This document shows positions 26,270 through 40,012 of a DNA stretch of 64,000 bases, in pieces. The DNA is taken from the NCBI GenBank assembly GCA_030248215.1, contig JASANG010003984.1, positions 310,001 through 374,000 on the forward strand, in the 5' to 3' direction. The position numbers and the translations under genes were made by a program. The stretch's first letter is position 1; every line of letters starts with the position of its first letter. This stretch comes from Enoplolaimus lenunculus. Its lineage: Eukaryota. The notes under the pieces are model-generated. The model made no database searches. It had not been told where the DNA came from and worked only from the letters and a program-made list of their open reading frames with translations.

Positions 26270-26532
26270 CCCTTTCTTACATTGAGTTGACTGTAGACAA
26301 CTCAGCGCAGTGTATATATGTTAAATAGTACATATAGCACTGTGTTTAACTATTGCAACACGTATACACAGTACTAAATCACCACAAGACGTGAGAGCCC
26401 CCTCGGGCTCAAGCGTCAAGCTCCTATAGCTGAGTGGTGATGGTATACGCCTCCCACTCAGGTCACTGGAGTTCGAATCCTAGCATAAAAGAATGTCTCA
26501 GGGGAAATAGAAAATATTCATGTGAGAAAGGG
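26270..26532 (+). mobile_element. Non-autonomous piggyBac-type MITE (~263 bp) containing a tRNA-like A/B-box cassette
   Basis: TTAA|CCCTTTCTTACAT ... ATGTGAGAAAGGG|TTAA. A box TAGCTGAGTGG at 26427-37, B box GAGTTCGAATCC at 26469-80. Confidence 0.85.
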
Positions 26533-26536
26533 TTAA

Positions 26537-28404
26537 CCCTCAATGGCCCGACAGTCTACATATGTAGACATAACCAGTTCGACAATTGATTGTTCGGCAG
26601 GTGCTATAGTTAAGAATCTATTGTTTAATTTCCATCGATAATTATTCTGTTATAGTAGTATAAAAAACTTATAGCATTGTGGGAACAAAAGTTTGCTGTA
26701 CAGTGAGTCATATACCTATATAACCCGACCGTCTACATATGTAGACAGATGTTGATTTGATCATAGTTTGAGTTTTGACAAGAATTGAAACGTTTTGTTC
26801 ATACACACGGTTTTGTATGGTGAGGTAAAGTCAGGGAAATGTCAGGTTTGCATAAATTATCTTTGACTGAGGTCGTACGACGTGTATTAGAACCAAGTGA
26901 TTCAGAGACAGAAGATGACAAACCGGACGACAATAGTTCAAATGACGACTCAGAATCAGTTGAGTTAGGTCAATGCAGTAGTGAAGAGGCTGCTATTTAT
27001 GAGCAAGATAGTGATGGTGAATTACAAAAACAATCGGACGCATCTAGTAGTGAGTTGAGCGATATGGACGAGACTTCTAGTGGAAGTAATGTTTTTGTGT
27101 GCGACGGGTGTTGAGTGGCATTCTACAACACCGCCTGTCCGTGTGTTAGCTAGAAATATAATTCGCTTTCGCGAAGGCACTGCAGTAAACCCTACAACAG
27201 AGTCACAAGCATTTTATCTTTATATAAACGAGCCCATTTTACATACAATTCAGCGACTCACTAGTAGGCGACTGCGGGCGCGCAATTTTTCAACGCTATT
27301 TCAGTCCAACTTACGTCTTCATTATATACCGTCCGAATCACTTACAGTAGATGAACAGCTCTACGGGTATAGAGGATATGCACCGGGGCGAGCGTACATG
27401 CCGGCGAAACCTGCTAAGTACGGCGTAAAAATATTCTGGCTTTGCGATGCTCGGAATGGACATGCCCTAAAAGGAAATATTTATACAGGGCGTGAAGGCG
27501 AACGGGCCGTAGGGCTTGCTAAACGCATCGTAATGGATCTTATTCAACCATACTGTAACACTCAGCGAAACATTTTCATGGACCGCTATTTCACATCCCA
27601 TGAATTGGCTGTGGACCTATTACAAAGTGGGCTAACGTGCACAGGCACAATAATGGCAAATCGCCGCAGCGTACCTCCGGTGCTAAAGTCAACAAAAGAA
27701 CAAGAGGTCTATAGCACCTGATTTTTATGGGACCACAATAACCGCATAATGTTGGCGTCTTATTGTCCAAAGAAAAATAAAAATGTGCTATTACTAAGTT
27801 CAGTTCATGTGAAAAACGAAGTTTGCACCAGCAGAGAGGACAAAAAACCAGCAGTTATCTTGGATTATAATTTGGGAAAAGGCGGGGTTGATGAAATGGA
27901 CTCTTGCATTGATGATTTTACCTGCAAACGCAAAACGAATCGTTGTCCTCTAGTCTGCGTTTTCAATATGATTGATATTGCGTTGCACAACGTATTCATT
28001 GTCGTGAAACTGAACGGATATCAAAAGTCACGCAATGTTTTCATGAAAAAAGTAGCCGAACAACTAGCGCAAGACAATATGACCAAACGTTACAGTAGTG
28101 AAAAAATTTACGCAAAATCAAAGGATTCATTTATGGCTTACGGGCTGCCTCAAAAGCGAAACGAACCTTCTACATCTGGTAAACCGACCAAATGTCAGGT
28201 CACAAGTTGTGATTACAACGCGCCCGCAGTGGGAGGCTGGACGGGGAGCGGGTGGAACTCCACCAGAACACTAGTTCTGACTGTCTCGAGCCAGTTAAAG
28301 GAGGAGAGCACCCTGAGATAAGCCAAAACTAACGCTAGTTGTGTTGTCTACATATGTAGACCGTTGGGCTGATTAAGGTGAAAATTTTGCCGGGCCGTTG
28401 AGGG
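26537..28404 (+). mobile_element. piggyBac DNA transposon, defective
   Basis: TTAA on both sides (26533-36, 28405-08). TIRs CCCTCAATGGCCCG / CGGGCCGTTGAGGG (13/14). Subterminal palindrome GTCTACATATGTAGAC at 26554, 26731 and 28346. Transposase motifs inside. Confidence 0.95.
26839..28321 (+). pseudogene. piggyBac (PGBD4-like) transposase, broken into three ORFs
   Basis: Acidic N-terminus; TVDEQL...YMPAKPAKYGVKIFWLCD, FMDRYFTS and DYNLGKGGVDEMD motifs. Frameshift near 27100, in-frame TGA at 27719-21, an apparent internal deletion before NFSTLF, and a truncated Cys-rich C-terminus. Confidence 0.9.
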
Positions 28405-29010
28405 TTAATGGTAAACGCTTTCCAGCCGTGAGACTGTGGTTCATACCCTGGCTTGAAATTTGTAATACAAACTAAAAAAATAATCATGCGAGAAATGTCG
28501 GCCAATGTATAGACAATGGCCGTAACAGTACTATAAGCCTATTTAAAACCGTAAGCGTAAAGATTGAGTTTTATACCTGAGACGAATCAAAGAATTAATC
28601 TAACATTTAAGCTTACTCTGTATTGCAGTGCCGCAGAAAAACGTTTCGCCTCCGATCATTGCATGGGGCAAAATGGTTAAAATTAGCTAAAATACTTTCC
28701 GTTTTAGTTTTGTTTGACTTTAACCCATTTATCAATGACAACACAACCAGTATGTGGCACAACTTTGCGGGTATGAGTTATTTCAAAGTAAACGCACGCG
28801 TTAAGTCAACATTTACCTCAGTATAAAATATATTTTACCTGTAATGTTGCTTCTTATGAAAAAGGGTAAGCATTTTAAATTTTAGAAGCCGCTAAAGGAT
28901 TTTATTGTCAAATTGAGAAAAAAACACTAATATGGCTCATATAAGCTTGGTAAGCTGCTCGCTTAGTTGCATGGCTTAAACATATTTCCAGTATGAAAAT
29001 AAAATTAGCA

Positions 29011-30460
29011 CACTGTAAATTCCGAAGAGTTGATTAATCAATTCAGCAAGCGAGTTGGTTTAATTTCTAAATTAAATATCAGTAAACATTAACTCACTGT
29101 GAGTTATTAAGTTGATTCTTACTCTCAGTTGAAATCAATCGGGGTGAGTTGATTAATTAACTAAGAATGAATTGAATCAACTCAAACCTCTAAGTTCTGA
29201 TAGTCTTAACTCAGACTGAGTGATTCAACTCATTCTGAATTAAAATCAACTCACTGAAATTTACAGTGTAGCCAGTTTTGTCTACGCTGTTAAGAACCTC
29301 GTGAATCAATTTCTCCTCGAGCCAGGAACCTCTATGAATGTCATTATTAGCTCATCCCGTAGCTCGAAGACGCTTCCCGCAATTGCCCTACCACTGAGTG
29401 ATTATCAACTCATCATGAGTTAAAATCAATTTACTGACATTTACAGTGGCAGCAATGGCAATGTGCAAAATTTACAATTGTTAAGTATATATATATTTGT
29501 AATTTTAAAATCAAGGCTACACAAAGCGCAGCCCTAATGGAAAAAACCCGCCCTTTTCCCGCTTCACGCAAAAAATTCAATTCAACCTTAAATAATTCAG
29601 TCCTGACAACTGAATCGATACACTGTAAATTCCAGTGAGTTGATTTTAACTCAGAGTGAGTTGAATCCACTCAGAAGCCTGTCCGTTTTCAAACTTGGAA
29701 CTAGCGTTAAATCAGACAAGAAAAAAAACAAAATTAAAATCGAATATCATATGATATTCGCATGAATGTCCCGCAGTATCATATGACGAATGGTTATTTG
29801 TATACGATGATCGCTCGACATCAGTGATTTGTAAGCCAATGTCATATGACATTCACATTTGGTCTACATAACCGCTATTCGGATCACAGAATTTTATGTT
29901 GACGTCGAATCAACATTGGACAAAACGTGTTCCAAGCTGCCCCAGTTATAACGTGAACGCCGCATGAGCTCTGAATTAGGTCTTTCAGAACTCAGAATTC
30001 TGAATTGACTGAACTCATTATGAGTTAATTAATCAATTCACCCAGAATTAAATCAGCTCAAACTGAATTATTATTTGCGGTTATTAACTCAGAAATAACC
30101 AGAAATAACTAATTCTCACTCTGAGTTAATTAATCAACTCATTGAAATTTACAGTGTAACAGAAGATTTCTAGTATCTATAGATGGTACAGATGGCACAA
30201 TGCGAGGCAGATGTCAGGATATAACCGTTTGTTACACTGTAAATTCCGATGAGTTGATTGATCAACTAAAGAGAAACAATTAGTTATTCTAATTTCTGGT
30301 TGTTTCTGAGTTAATATCAGTAAGCATTAACTCACTCTGAGTTGATTTAACTGTGGGCTAGTTGATGAATAAAATTCAGAATGAGTTCAATTCACAGCTA
30401 ACACCTTTGTGTGGATTCAATTCATTCTGAGATAAAATCAAAAGACTAAAATTTACAGTG
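29011..30460. mobile_element. Cluster of CACTGTAAATT...AATTTACAGTG MITEs (29011-29268, 29621-30156, 30235-30460; others 43302-43554, 49850-50080, ~56937-57170)
   Basis: Shared TIRs, mostly TA flanks, and GAGTTGATT/AATCAACTC internal repeats. Confidence 0.8.
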
Positions 30461-30587
30461 CACCGGATATAAAACCAAGAGCCGGATGTCGAAAAAAATT
30501 TGCCACATCCCTAGCCGATACCGGAGATGACGCAAAATCAGGTAGCGAAAAGTACGTAAATTTGCAAAATTGTACCAATAACTTGTA

Positions 30588-30807
30588 CACTGTAAAAATG
30601 GGGAGTCAAATTGACTCTCTCGGAAATTGGCTTTTTCTGAGTACACAAACTGAGTCAAAATTTGACTCCGCCAGAGTCAAATTCGATTCACTGAATCGCT
30701 CAGTGAGTCCAATTTGACGCTGGCGGAGTCAAATTTGACTCAGTTTGTGTAGTCAAGAAACGCCTATTTCCGAGAGAGTCAATTTGACTGCCCATTTTTT
30801 TACAGTG
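30588..30807. mobile_element. CAC...GTG foldback MITE with TA flanks (relatives 14000-14219, 35701-35877)
   Basis: Nearly fully palindromic; TA|CACTG...CAGTG|TA; internal GAGTCAAATT repeats. Confidence 0.82.
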
Positions 30808-32318
30808 TAGTGTTGTTCAAAAAATTGGTTTGACAGTTTTTTGGGCGATTTAAATAATTCGACGATGAGCAATATTATGCGTCATCCAGTTTAGTTTGCG
30901 CCCGGCTTGTGGAAATCAAAAATGCCCTTTTCAACTTGAGTTTGGAAAACGGGTAGCAGTGAGAAATTGAATTTGAAAACTTTTCCATATTCCCTTTGCC
31001 TTATATATGATGACAATTCGTCGCCTTGAAACACGCCGCCCGACAACTTGTAATCAGAAATTTGATAGACTCGGCAATTCGACGCCTATCATTATAGTCA
31101 GGGATAGGATTACGCTTAGGATTACGCTTAAAATTCTTCCTTGATATATTTGTAGTTTTAAAAAACTGTTTATGTGAGTCAAGTTGTCGCGTGACCAATA
31201 TACTCTGCCGAGTTTGACAATAACTGCCGAATATCCGCAATATGAAAAAAATATCCGAATCCCATCAATAAAAGCAACATCCCACAGGGTATATATTAGC
31301 AAACGCCATTCTGCTATTCTCATATGTTCGTGGAAATCTGTTCTATTGATGGGCTGAACAATTCATGATATCCCACGTCGTTCTGTTGTAGCAATTTCAC
31401 ATTTGGATTCAGGAATCCATGTGTCCAAACAACATTTTTTATCGCATTAATAATCGTTAAGCGATAAGATATTGTCCCACCCGGAAAATCAAATCAATTT
31501 TGACAAACTGTGCATCTAAAATAGACAATTGAGCTGTTTGTAGTTCAGAATTTAGACATTTTTTCTTGAGATTTAGCGTACCGGATTAAAGTCGTACGCG
31601 TCAGGAGCGTATTTAAACACAAAGGATGTTAGGTAAATTTTCCGGACACTAATGCCAATTTTAGACTTGATCCCAGCGTGTAACCGGATATCCGTTTCCG
31701 GACAAAAATCGGTGTCCGTTTTCGTTGTTTTTACTATCCGTTTACACACTGCTCTATCGATTTGCGGATTCTAAAAAGAAGTATACGTTTTTGCTGTACC
31801 CCCCCCCCTCCGTATTTCGCCAGGGGGGGCGGGCGCGATACAATAGGAAATACTCACAACGATTCTGTGAAAAATTACTGAAGGGTAGCGGTTCATATTT
31901 CGCTTGTCTAAAAGCAGGAATTGTCTTTAACTACTGAACCTTGACCTCCTGTTTAAATATTAAGTGGAAATAGGCCAAAAACGCAACGTGTGCTGAATCC
32001 ATCTCTACAGAATGTACCTAGTGGTTCACTCTTGTAAAATGAGGACATCGTCCACTCCGGCTAATAAACCATGTAACATTTTCGAGAGCCCGTATTCTCA
32101 AATGTGTGTAGTACCTATCAACAGTTAGTGTTACGTCCTATAACTTTGGAACCAACGCATGGTGACGTTCGAAATGAAGCAAACTGTTCGTTTATAACTT
32201 GCCCTACTTCTGTACAACTTTTGAAATCTCCAATTGCATATGTTCGTCAGTTTGAAAACCTATCGCTAACTGATGACAGATGCTATACGCATTTGAGAAT
32301 ATGAGCCGAGGTATTTAA

Positions 32319-32581
32319 CCCTTTCGCTCATAGAGTATACTATAATCAACTAAATACAATAATGTAAGAGCAATACACACACTGTGAGCAGTGTTCAACA
32401 TTTACAACTTATATGCGCAGTGTTGAATCTCCACAAGACGTGAGAGACCCCTCGGGATCGAGCGTCAAGCTCCCATAGCACAGTGGTCATCGTAAACGCC
32501 TCCAACCCCTGACACTGGGGTTCGAATATCACCTTGAAATTACATCTCATGTGAAATTGCAAATATTCATGTGAGAAAGGG
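32319..32581 (+). mobile_element. Same tRNA-cassette TTAA MITE family, full copy
   Basis: TTAA flanks, CCCTTTC...GAGAAAGGG ends, TAGCACAGTGG A box and GGTTCGAATATC B-box-like motif. Confidence 0.85.
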
Positions 32582-32993
32582 TTAAGGTATACTAGTCTCG
32601 GCTTATAGTGTACCTGCAGGAAAACACCCAGCACTATGGTAAATTTTTAGTCTGGTGAATTTTAGAACAGAGCAAACCAAAAATTTGAAAAACAAGAATA
32701 CACTAATATGATTTTCAATTGAAAAACGTTTAAAACCCGTCGACTAATGTGACAGAACAAAGGACTATAATATATTGAATTAGCATTCTTCGTAGTGAGC
32801 TTAGGTATCACGTCTAAATTTAGGCGCAGCCCATAGATGGAAAGGGAGTCGAGCGGCAGAGGCAGGGTGTAATCGGATATCTGTTTCCGGGTAAAATCGG
32901 TGAAAAGTAAAATCTAATATTGTTACGCTCTATATTAGTTTAAATCAAGTATATCTATACATATATACATATATATATGTATATATATGTATG

Positions 32994-33046
<53 letters not shown>

Positions 33047-35212
33047 CAGATATGCTGGAATTGCTCGAAAGAAAATATAAATTACGAAATTCATTTGCGT
33101 TTTATTTCAATCAGTATCCGTTTACGTTTACCCCTTATTTTTTTACTATCTGCTTGCACCATGGGCGGTGATGATTTCAGCGTAAAATAAATATGTTAGC
33201 TTGAGTGAAGTTGATTAAGACCGTAATTATATATTTAATTTCAGTATTATCCCATCGAAACTAAAATTCTTTCAACGGCTTTCAAATTGGGCAGCGTAAA
33301 GATATTGTAATGTCGTATATGCTGGATTTAATTTGTAATGTCCTGCCCTAAAAATTACTAAGATCCAGGGTCGGTGTTAAGATAGTCGGGCCACCCGCCA
33401 AACAGTACCGACGGGCCCCACTAAAAATGTTTCACAACTCTATAACTTCGAGGTCCGCGAAAAAATTTGTAGTTTGCCAAAATGATGCCCCAAGGGTCGC
33501 CCCCAATTGGTGCGTTTGGGAGGGCACATCCGCCGGCAGCGACTATTGGTTGTTACAATACAATATGATAAACCGTCAATAATTGTTGAATATTGTATTG
33601 CTTTTCAACCAGACAAGAAAGTATCAGAGTAAAGAACGGACGACCCCCCGCCTGATTCCGACTTTCAGTAGGCAAAATTGCCTTGAGGTGCTTATAAAAA
33701 CCACACCAATATAACACACACTATTCATTACGGGAAATAAAAGCTTCAGAAACGACTCAAGTTAAAATATCAACCAATGTTTCGGTCGAAAAGTTTTCAG
33801 TTTAAAGACTATTTTAGATGATAAACGTAGTAATTGGTTTAACTAAATTTGATTACAAGTTTAAATTCGGTCCTATGAGCTCATGTCGCGGATAAGAGTG
33901 AAATTCACAAGATTATTCCGTGGCTCCGTATTTTTACTGTACTGGATCGGGACAATGTAAAGAACACGGGCGGAACAGTATTATAAGCATATTCCGAAGC
34001 CTAAGCGTAAACTTAAGCCTAAGCGTAAGAATGAGCGCATCTCTACGCCTAAGCCTAAGCCTAACCCAATCAAAAAATTAGTCTAGAGCTTAAGCTTACT
34101 CTATTGCAGTCCCACGGAAAAACGTTCCGTCCCTGATCTTTACATGGATCCTGGATCGCTAGGCCATCATTGTACTCTAAAAGAAATGAAACAAATTTAG
34201 GTTTGTTCACCGCCCTCGAGAGGTCACTCTGTTTTCGCTAGCGGCAATTAGCAAAGAAACACGTGTTATGAATACATAAAAATCGTTTTTGCAGAAATTT
34301 CTTCTTACAAATTCTGAAATATTTTCATTATAAGTGGTCATATTTATCACATCGTACGACAGATTCAAAAGCGTTTGTTGAGGTTTTATAAATACATCAG
34401 AATCCAAGACATGACAAATCGACTCATTACTGTTTCTGGACATGTAGGATTGGAGTGGTAAGCTAAATACACCCAAACGTTGGCGTAGAGTGCTTTTGTA
34501 GAGCATTTGTGCGGGCTGTTAGCAGCTTTGCAGCAGTAATTCCAGCCCAACTACAGATTTCACTGCACAATGCGACGAGAGTACGACTGCAGTTTTCACC
34601 GTCTGTTGAAGGATTACTCGTAGCTTCGCTAACTAGAAGCCACACTAGTGGTCAGTTTTCAGACCTGAGAAGACGAAATTTATAATCAACTTTAGTACTC
34701 GGGATGCGCACAAACTAAAAAATTTGTATTGGAATTGAATATACAGTTGTTAAACAAGTTTTAAGGCTTAAATACAGACTTGTTTGAACAAATCATGCTA
34801 AACAAACGCCAAAATACAGTGTATTTTAAGAGAACGTAGGAAAACATGAATTTTTAAAGTGTTTTTACCGTATAAGTGAAAAATAAGTATCGAGTAACAT
34901 CAACGAACTGTAAAATTGTACACAATTGTATTGAACGCAGAAGAAAAAATAGTGGCGGGTTAAGGCGGGGACCGGTAAAAAAATTTTGCACAGATAAAGG
35001 CTGTTAACGAGTAATAATTTTAAGCGGGTACTTAATATACCCGCGGGTATAAAAAATAAAAATGTGTACCAACTTACAAGTATGAATGCAGTGTAGAAAT
35101 GATTCTAAAGTTAAAAATCAAGGTACAGCCTATCGATATATGAAAACGGTAAGTGTATGTAAAGCATAGATGGTAATACATGTGCACTACTGGTATATAA
35201 AGTTGTTGCAAT

Positions 35213-35285
35213 AACCACAAGGTATAGTGGCAGCATATTTGACTCGAGTGCAAGAGGGCTGAGGTTCGATTCCAGGCGCGGCCCT
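35213..35285 (+). other. tRNA-derived SINE-like fragment within a repeated segment (degenerate relative at ~48135-48300)
   Basis: GGTATAGTGG A-box-like and GGTTCGATTCC B box. No complete cloverleaf seen. Confidence 0.55.
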
Positions 35286-38200
35286 TAATTTTGGGCATAA
35301 CCTCGAACAGGGGTTGCGCACACCGTGTAGTTTCAACACAGCTGAACTTTGATTTGTAACATCAACATACCTGATGTGGGAATTTCATATTCGCAAGAAA
35401 TCGAATTCAAACTGTAAGATTTCTTGTTTACGGAGGTCTGATTATTTCTCGCAGTTTACTACAAGCGAAACTGCACAACGCCTCCTGTCTCAAAGTTCAG
35501 GATGCAAATCATAGCTTAAAATTAAGGCCCATATTCTCAAGTGTATATAGCATCTATCACCAATCAGTAATTGGTTTTCAAACTAACGAACTGCTGCCAT
35601 TTCAAATCTCAAAATTTGCACAGAAGTAGAGTAAATCAAGTGCAATTATGAGCTGAATTTCAAAACTCACCATTTTTTAGTTCGAAAGTTCTATCATCTA
35701 CACAGCAAAAAATGGTGAGTCAAATTGACTCTCTCCGAAATAAGCTCTACGGGACTACACAAACTGAGTCAAATTCGACTCCGCCATAGTCACATGCGTC
35801 GAATTTTGACTCAATTTGTGTAGTCCCGTAGAGCCTTTTTCGGAGAGAGTAAATTTGACTCAGCATTTTTTGCTGTGTACTGGTATTAGGTGCTACGCGC
35901 ATTTGAGAATACGGGTTTAGATATCAAATGAAGTTTAAAAAGAATTTAAAATATAAACGATTGAAACATTTAACAAAAGTGTTTTACCAGATCGCAAACC
36001 ATTTCAAATCCTGCAACTTACGGTGGCATAAAGGCGACAGATTTTAAACTGTCAAACTAAAAACGCAAAATCCTAAAAGCGAAGATGGGTTATAGTTTAT
36101 CATTAAAGATAGCATACCGCAAACTGGCATACAATGGCGGATCCACGGGGGGGTACACCGGCCGTGGCCCCCCCCCCCCCGACAAAAATTATATTGGGAC
36201 TCAAAATGGGGACCCATCTATTATTTCGGTCACTACAGTATGGGTCAAAAATAAGTTTATTACCTGTGAAATTTTGCCCCCCCCCATTTTGAGATCCTGG
36301 ATCCGCCACTGCTGGCATACTTAAGCATAATATAAAATGGGCAAAAGTTTCTCACGCCAGAACGTTTCGTGATGCTGGGAGCTCAAATTTCAGACACCAA
36401 ACGGAAGTTTGATTGGTAATATAGACTGCGAATATATATACAAAATTACTTAGCTAATATTGCAAAGAATGAATGTGGTATATAGGTTTAGTTGAATGGT
36501 AAAGCTATGCAAATAGTCTATATTGGTCTACAAGTTCATGATTAGAATAAGTCCAAAAGAGTAAACTGATCTAAAGGTTAAAGCAAATGTGTGATTCTAA
36601 AGCGTAAAGCCTAACGAATAATGGGAATTGAAGTCTAAATCATAAATGTGACTCAGGACATAAACGGATAGTAAAAATAAACGGAAATAGAAAACAAACA
36701 ACGCTGAAACATAATGCAGTGGTCAAAATAAAAAATTTCATTCTGACTCCGTAAAAAACTATAAAATTTTGCGTTATCGAACAGTTTACGCGTGATAATT
36801 TTGAAAATTAACACGTGTTAACCCTCCCTACCTTGCAATGTTTTCCGTGGTAAAACTAAATTTATTTTAGTGTAAACGATACATAAGCATGAAGAAACGT
36901 TTACAAATCCGCAATGCAGCCTAATCCTAAACCTAAGCGAGCGATTTTGTTCGAAAGCTGTTTTATATTTTCGGGCTTTTTGTTAGGTCAAGTTTTGGGG
37001 GGCTACTTATATTCTGACCACATTCAAGTACAATAACAGATGGTATAAGTGAAACTATGCAGGTTTTAGGCTAAGGTTGAAGCTTTAAAGTATTGCTGGG
37101 CGTAGGTTTAACCTGTATTTTATCTTGGGTTCGAGGTCTGCGCGCGCCTACGGGTACACTTTGGTCACTGTAGTGACCTGGATAAGAGGGGGGACTGATA
37201 TTTATTTGGCCACTCGAGAGGGTACCTCTACCGGTTATTCGGTTACGGACTGTTATTTATTTTTAACTCACGCTCCGCCACTAAAATCGTTACTGATATT
37301 ATATCCGGTACTGCTACTATTCGTTAAATTGAACGCTTATTTGTCTTGCATCGAAAGCTTGAGCGATAATGCAGATTGTTGTTATAAACGAATATACTTT
37401 CAAAACTTAAGTATGCTTTAAAGTTTCGAACTCAACTTTATTTGTTCCTGGAGTCACGTATTCACTACAATTAGGTAATAATTGACATTTATGGACTCTA
37501 ATTAGGGTATAGAGACTCTATCAGCTTATGGACTCTTTTTTGGGATAAGGACTCCTATTGATTGGGACTTAAAATGGGAACCCTCCTCCAGAGGCGTAGC
37601 GTTCTTGGTTACAAAGGTATATCAGGTTAAACGATTTTTGCAATCGAATGTAGAATTTAATTTAAATAACGGTTTAGCTTGACCAGGCAGTAGATAAAAC
37701 AGGCCTGTATGCAGGTTACCTTAATACGGGAACCAAAAAATTTTCAGGAGCGGCATACAACAGTTTGCTTTGACCTGCAAGCAAGGTTGCCAAATTTTTG
37801 CAAGTTGCCAAAATTTTTCCAGGGGCGGTTGAGCCTCCATTTCAAGCATTGCGTAATTCATCCTTATTTGGCGTGTCACTCGTTTCGCTCGTTAGTTTTC
37901 TTTCGCCATTATAAATTACACCCAAGCATATGTGCCACTGGTTTCTGGATAAGTTGTTGCTAGGCCCATAGCCAGCTCACCTTGCTGGGAGGCAAACTTT
38001 TTTCAGAAAGAGTATACAAGCGTTTTTGATGACTTATACAAGCAAGATTTAAAGTTTCTTAGGAGGAGGGAAGCTAAAATTCTTCAAGAGGAGGCTTAGC
38101 CCCTTCTGGCCACCTCGTATGCTCTTGGATGGTACATGGGCACATCTTCCAGGGTGTGGAATGGGACTGGAATAGGTATCCAAGTCGAGGTACTGAATAT

Positions 38201-39917
38201 GTGCCCTGTATATAAGCTTCAAAAACGCCACTCGTTACACATCTAAACGTTATTAACACAGCACAAATTAAGATACCAGTTAAAGTGGGCGGATATTAAG
38301 GTTGGTTAACCCTTGTTTTGGAGGATTTGTTAGCGTCTAAATATTTTTTGCCCGAGGCACTGCTATCTATTAAAGAAATGAACGTATTTCTTGTTTTGAC
38401 CCATGTTACTTTAAGGGGCGTCCAGGTTTCTGGTGAGTCTATAAACGAGTAGGTTTAGATTCTAGATTATGTTGTTTTGCTTAGGCATCGGCTTAGGAAC
38501 ACATTGTTGCAACGCTTAGGCTTAGGCTTAGGAACATATTTTTGCAACGCTTAGGCTTAGGGTTCGGAATACACTTGATCTACTGTTACGCCCCTTAAAG
38601 TAACATTGGCCGTTGTTTTTATCAAAGCACAGCTTAATATTTGCTATATTAATATGAATGAACTAAACCCGAGCCGTTGTTTTAAATGCCAGCGAGCTCG
38701 CAGTGAAAATTCCGAATGTCTTTCCGTTCAATATTCAACGGCTACTGGTTTGGTACAATAACCAAAAAGTTTCAAACGGTAAAAACCGATGTTAAGTACG
38801 TCGTTCAGTTTAGGGCACAAATTTGCAAACCATTTCTAGTACCTGTTGCCAGTTGATGAACGGTCTTGTAATTTTTTTGACCAATGTATTTGAACAGGAC
38901 CGTAACCGTGGTATAAGCATATTCCTAAGCCTAATCTTAGCCTAAACGCAAGGACAAGCCTATACCTGAAGCTGAACTTAAGCCTTAGTCTAAACAAAAG
39001 ATATTCTAAATCTCAAGTTTGTTCTATTGTAGTATTGTGGAAAAGTAGTCTACTCCTGATCAATACAAGAGTCACTTTGTTGAATGGTCAAACGTAAACT
39101 TTCAGAATTTGTCGTATTCCGCTGAACCGATCACGTGCACTTCTTTGCCAATTTCGATAACTGCTAACGACATATACTACGCACATTAGAGAATGTGGTT
39201 CTAGGTCCCTTATTCTCAAATGTGTATAGCAACTATCATCAGTTAGCAATAGGTTTTCCGACTCATTAATAAAACATCGCAGTTATTGAACTCAAAATTG
39301 GTACAGGAGTAGAGCAAATCAAATGCGAAAATTGTGCTAAATTTTTGAGCCTCAGCATTAACTGGTTCGAAACCTAATACGAGTCCTATCTACCAACTGG
39401 TGATAGGTGCTACACACATTTGAGAATACACTTCTAAAATACAGTTGTACTGTTTGAATATTTAAGTTCAACACAAAGTTGACAATACGACTCCAACAAG
39501 TGATATTTAATATACTCTACTCCTTGTCAACAACGTTTACTCAAATGAAAATCAGTTAAGATTCGCTTTCTAGACGATACTGAAGATAACTTTCAAGTAG
39601 TAAATTAGTGAAATTTTCATTTATACTTGAAATATTTCGCTAATTTCCTTCGTTCCAAGGTCATTTTCTAGTAATAAAAACTTTTTAGTATATTTTCAGC
39701 AAGATACTACTTATGCATACACGGTTGTCGTTGTTTATTCCATTCTTTGCTTGAAATACTCTATCATAGACACTTATATTGGCCCATATTCAGTATGGGT
39801 CACTGAGATTTAGAAACTGGAATGCTTAGGCTTAGGCTAATATATGTTTAGGTTTACTGTTAGACTTAGTTTTGGCTTAAGTTTAGGAGGCAGGCTTTTA
39901 TAGTTAATATGGATTTA

Positions 39918-39921
<4 letters not shown>

Positions 39922-40010
<89 letters not shown>
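39922..40010. repeat. (TA)n microsatellite abutting the Penelope element (others at ~32975-33043, ~58300-58383)
   Basis: Direct reading. Confidence 0.97.

Positions 40011-40012
<2 letters not shown>

Noticed and set aside
26420..26490. Genuine tRNA gene
   Set aside because: A and B boxes are present, but no convincing acceptor or anticodon stems; copies vary and sit inside a MITE.
34207..34664. Exon-like segment / 99-aa ORF in the large intron
   Set aside because: The nearest donor is phase 2 and cannot join the phase-0 PDZ2 exon; no recognisable domain.
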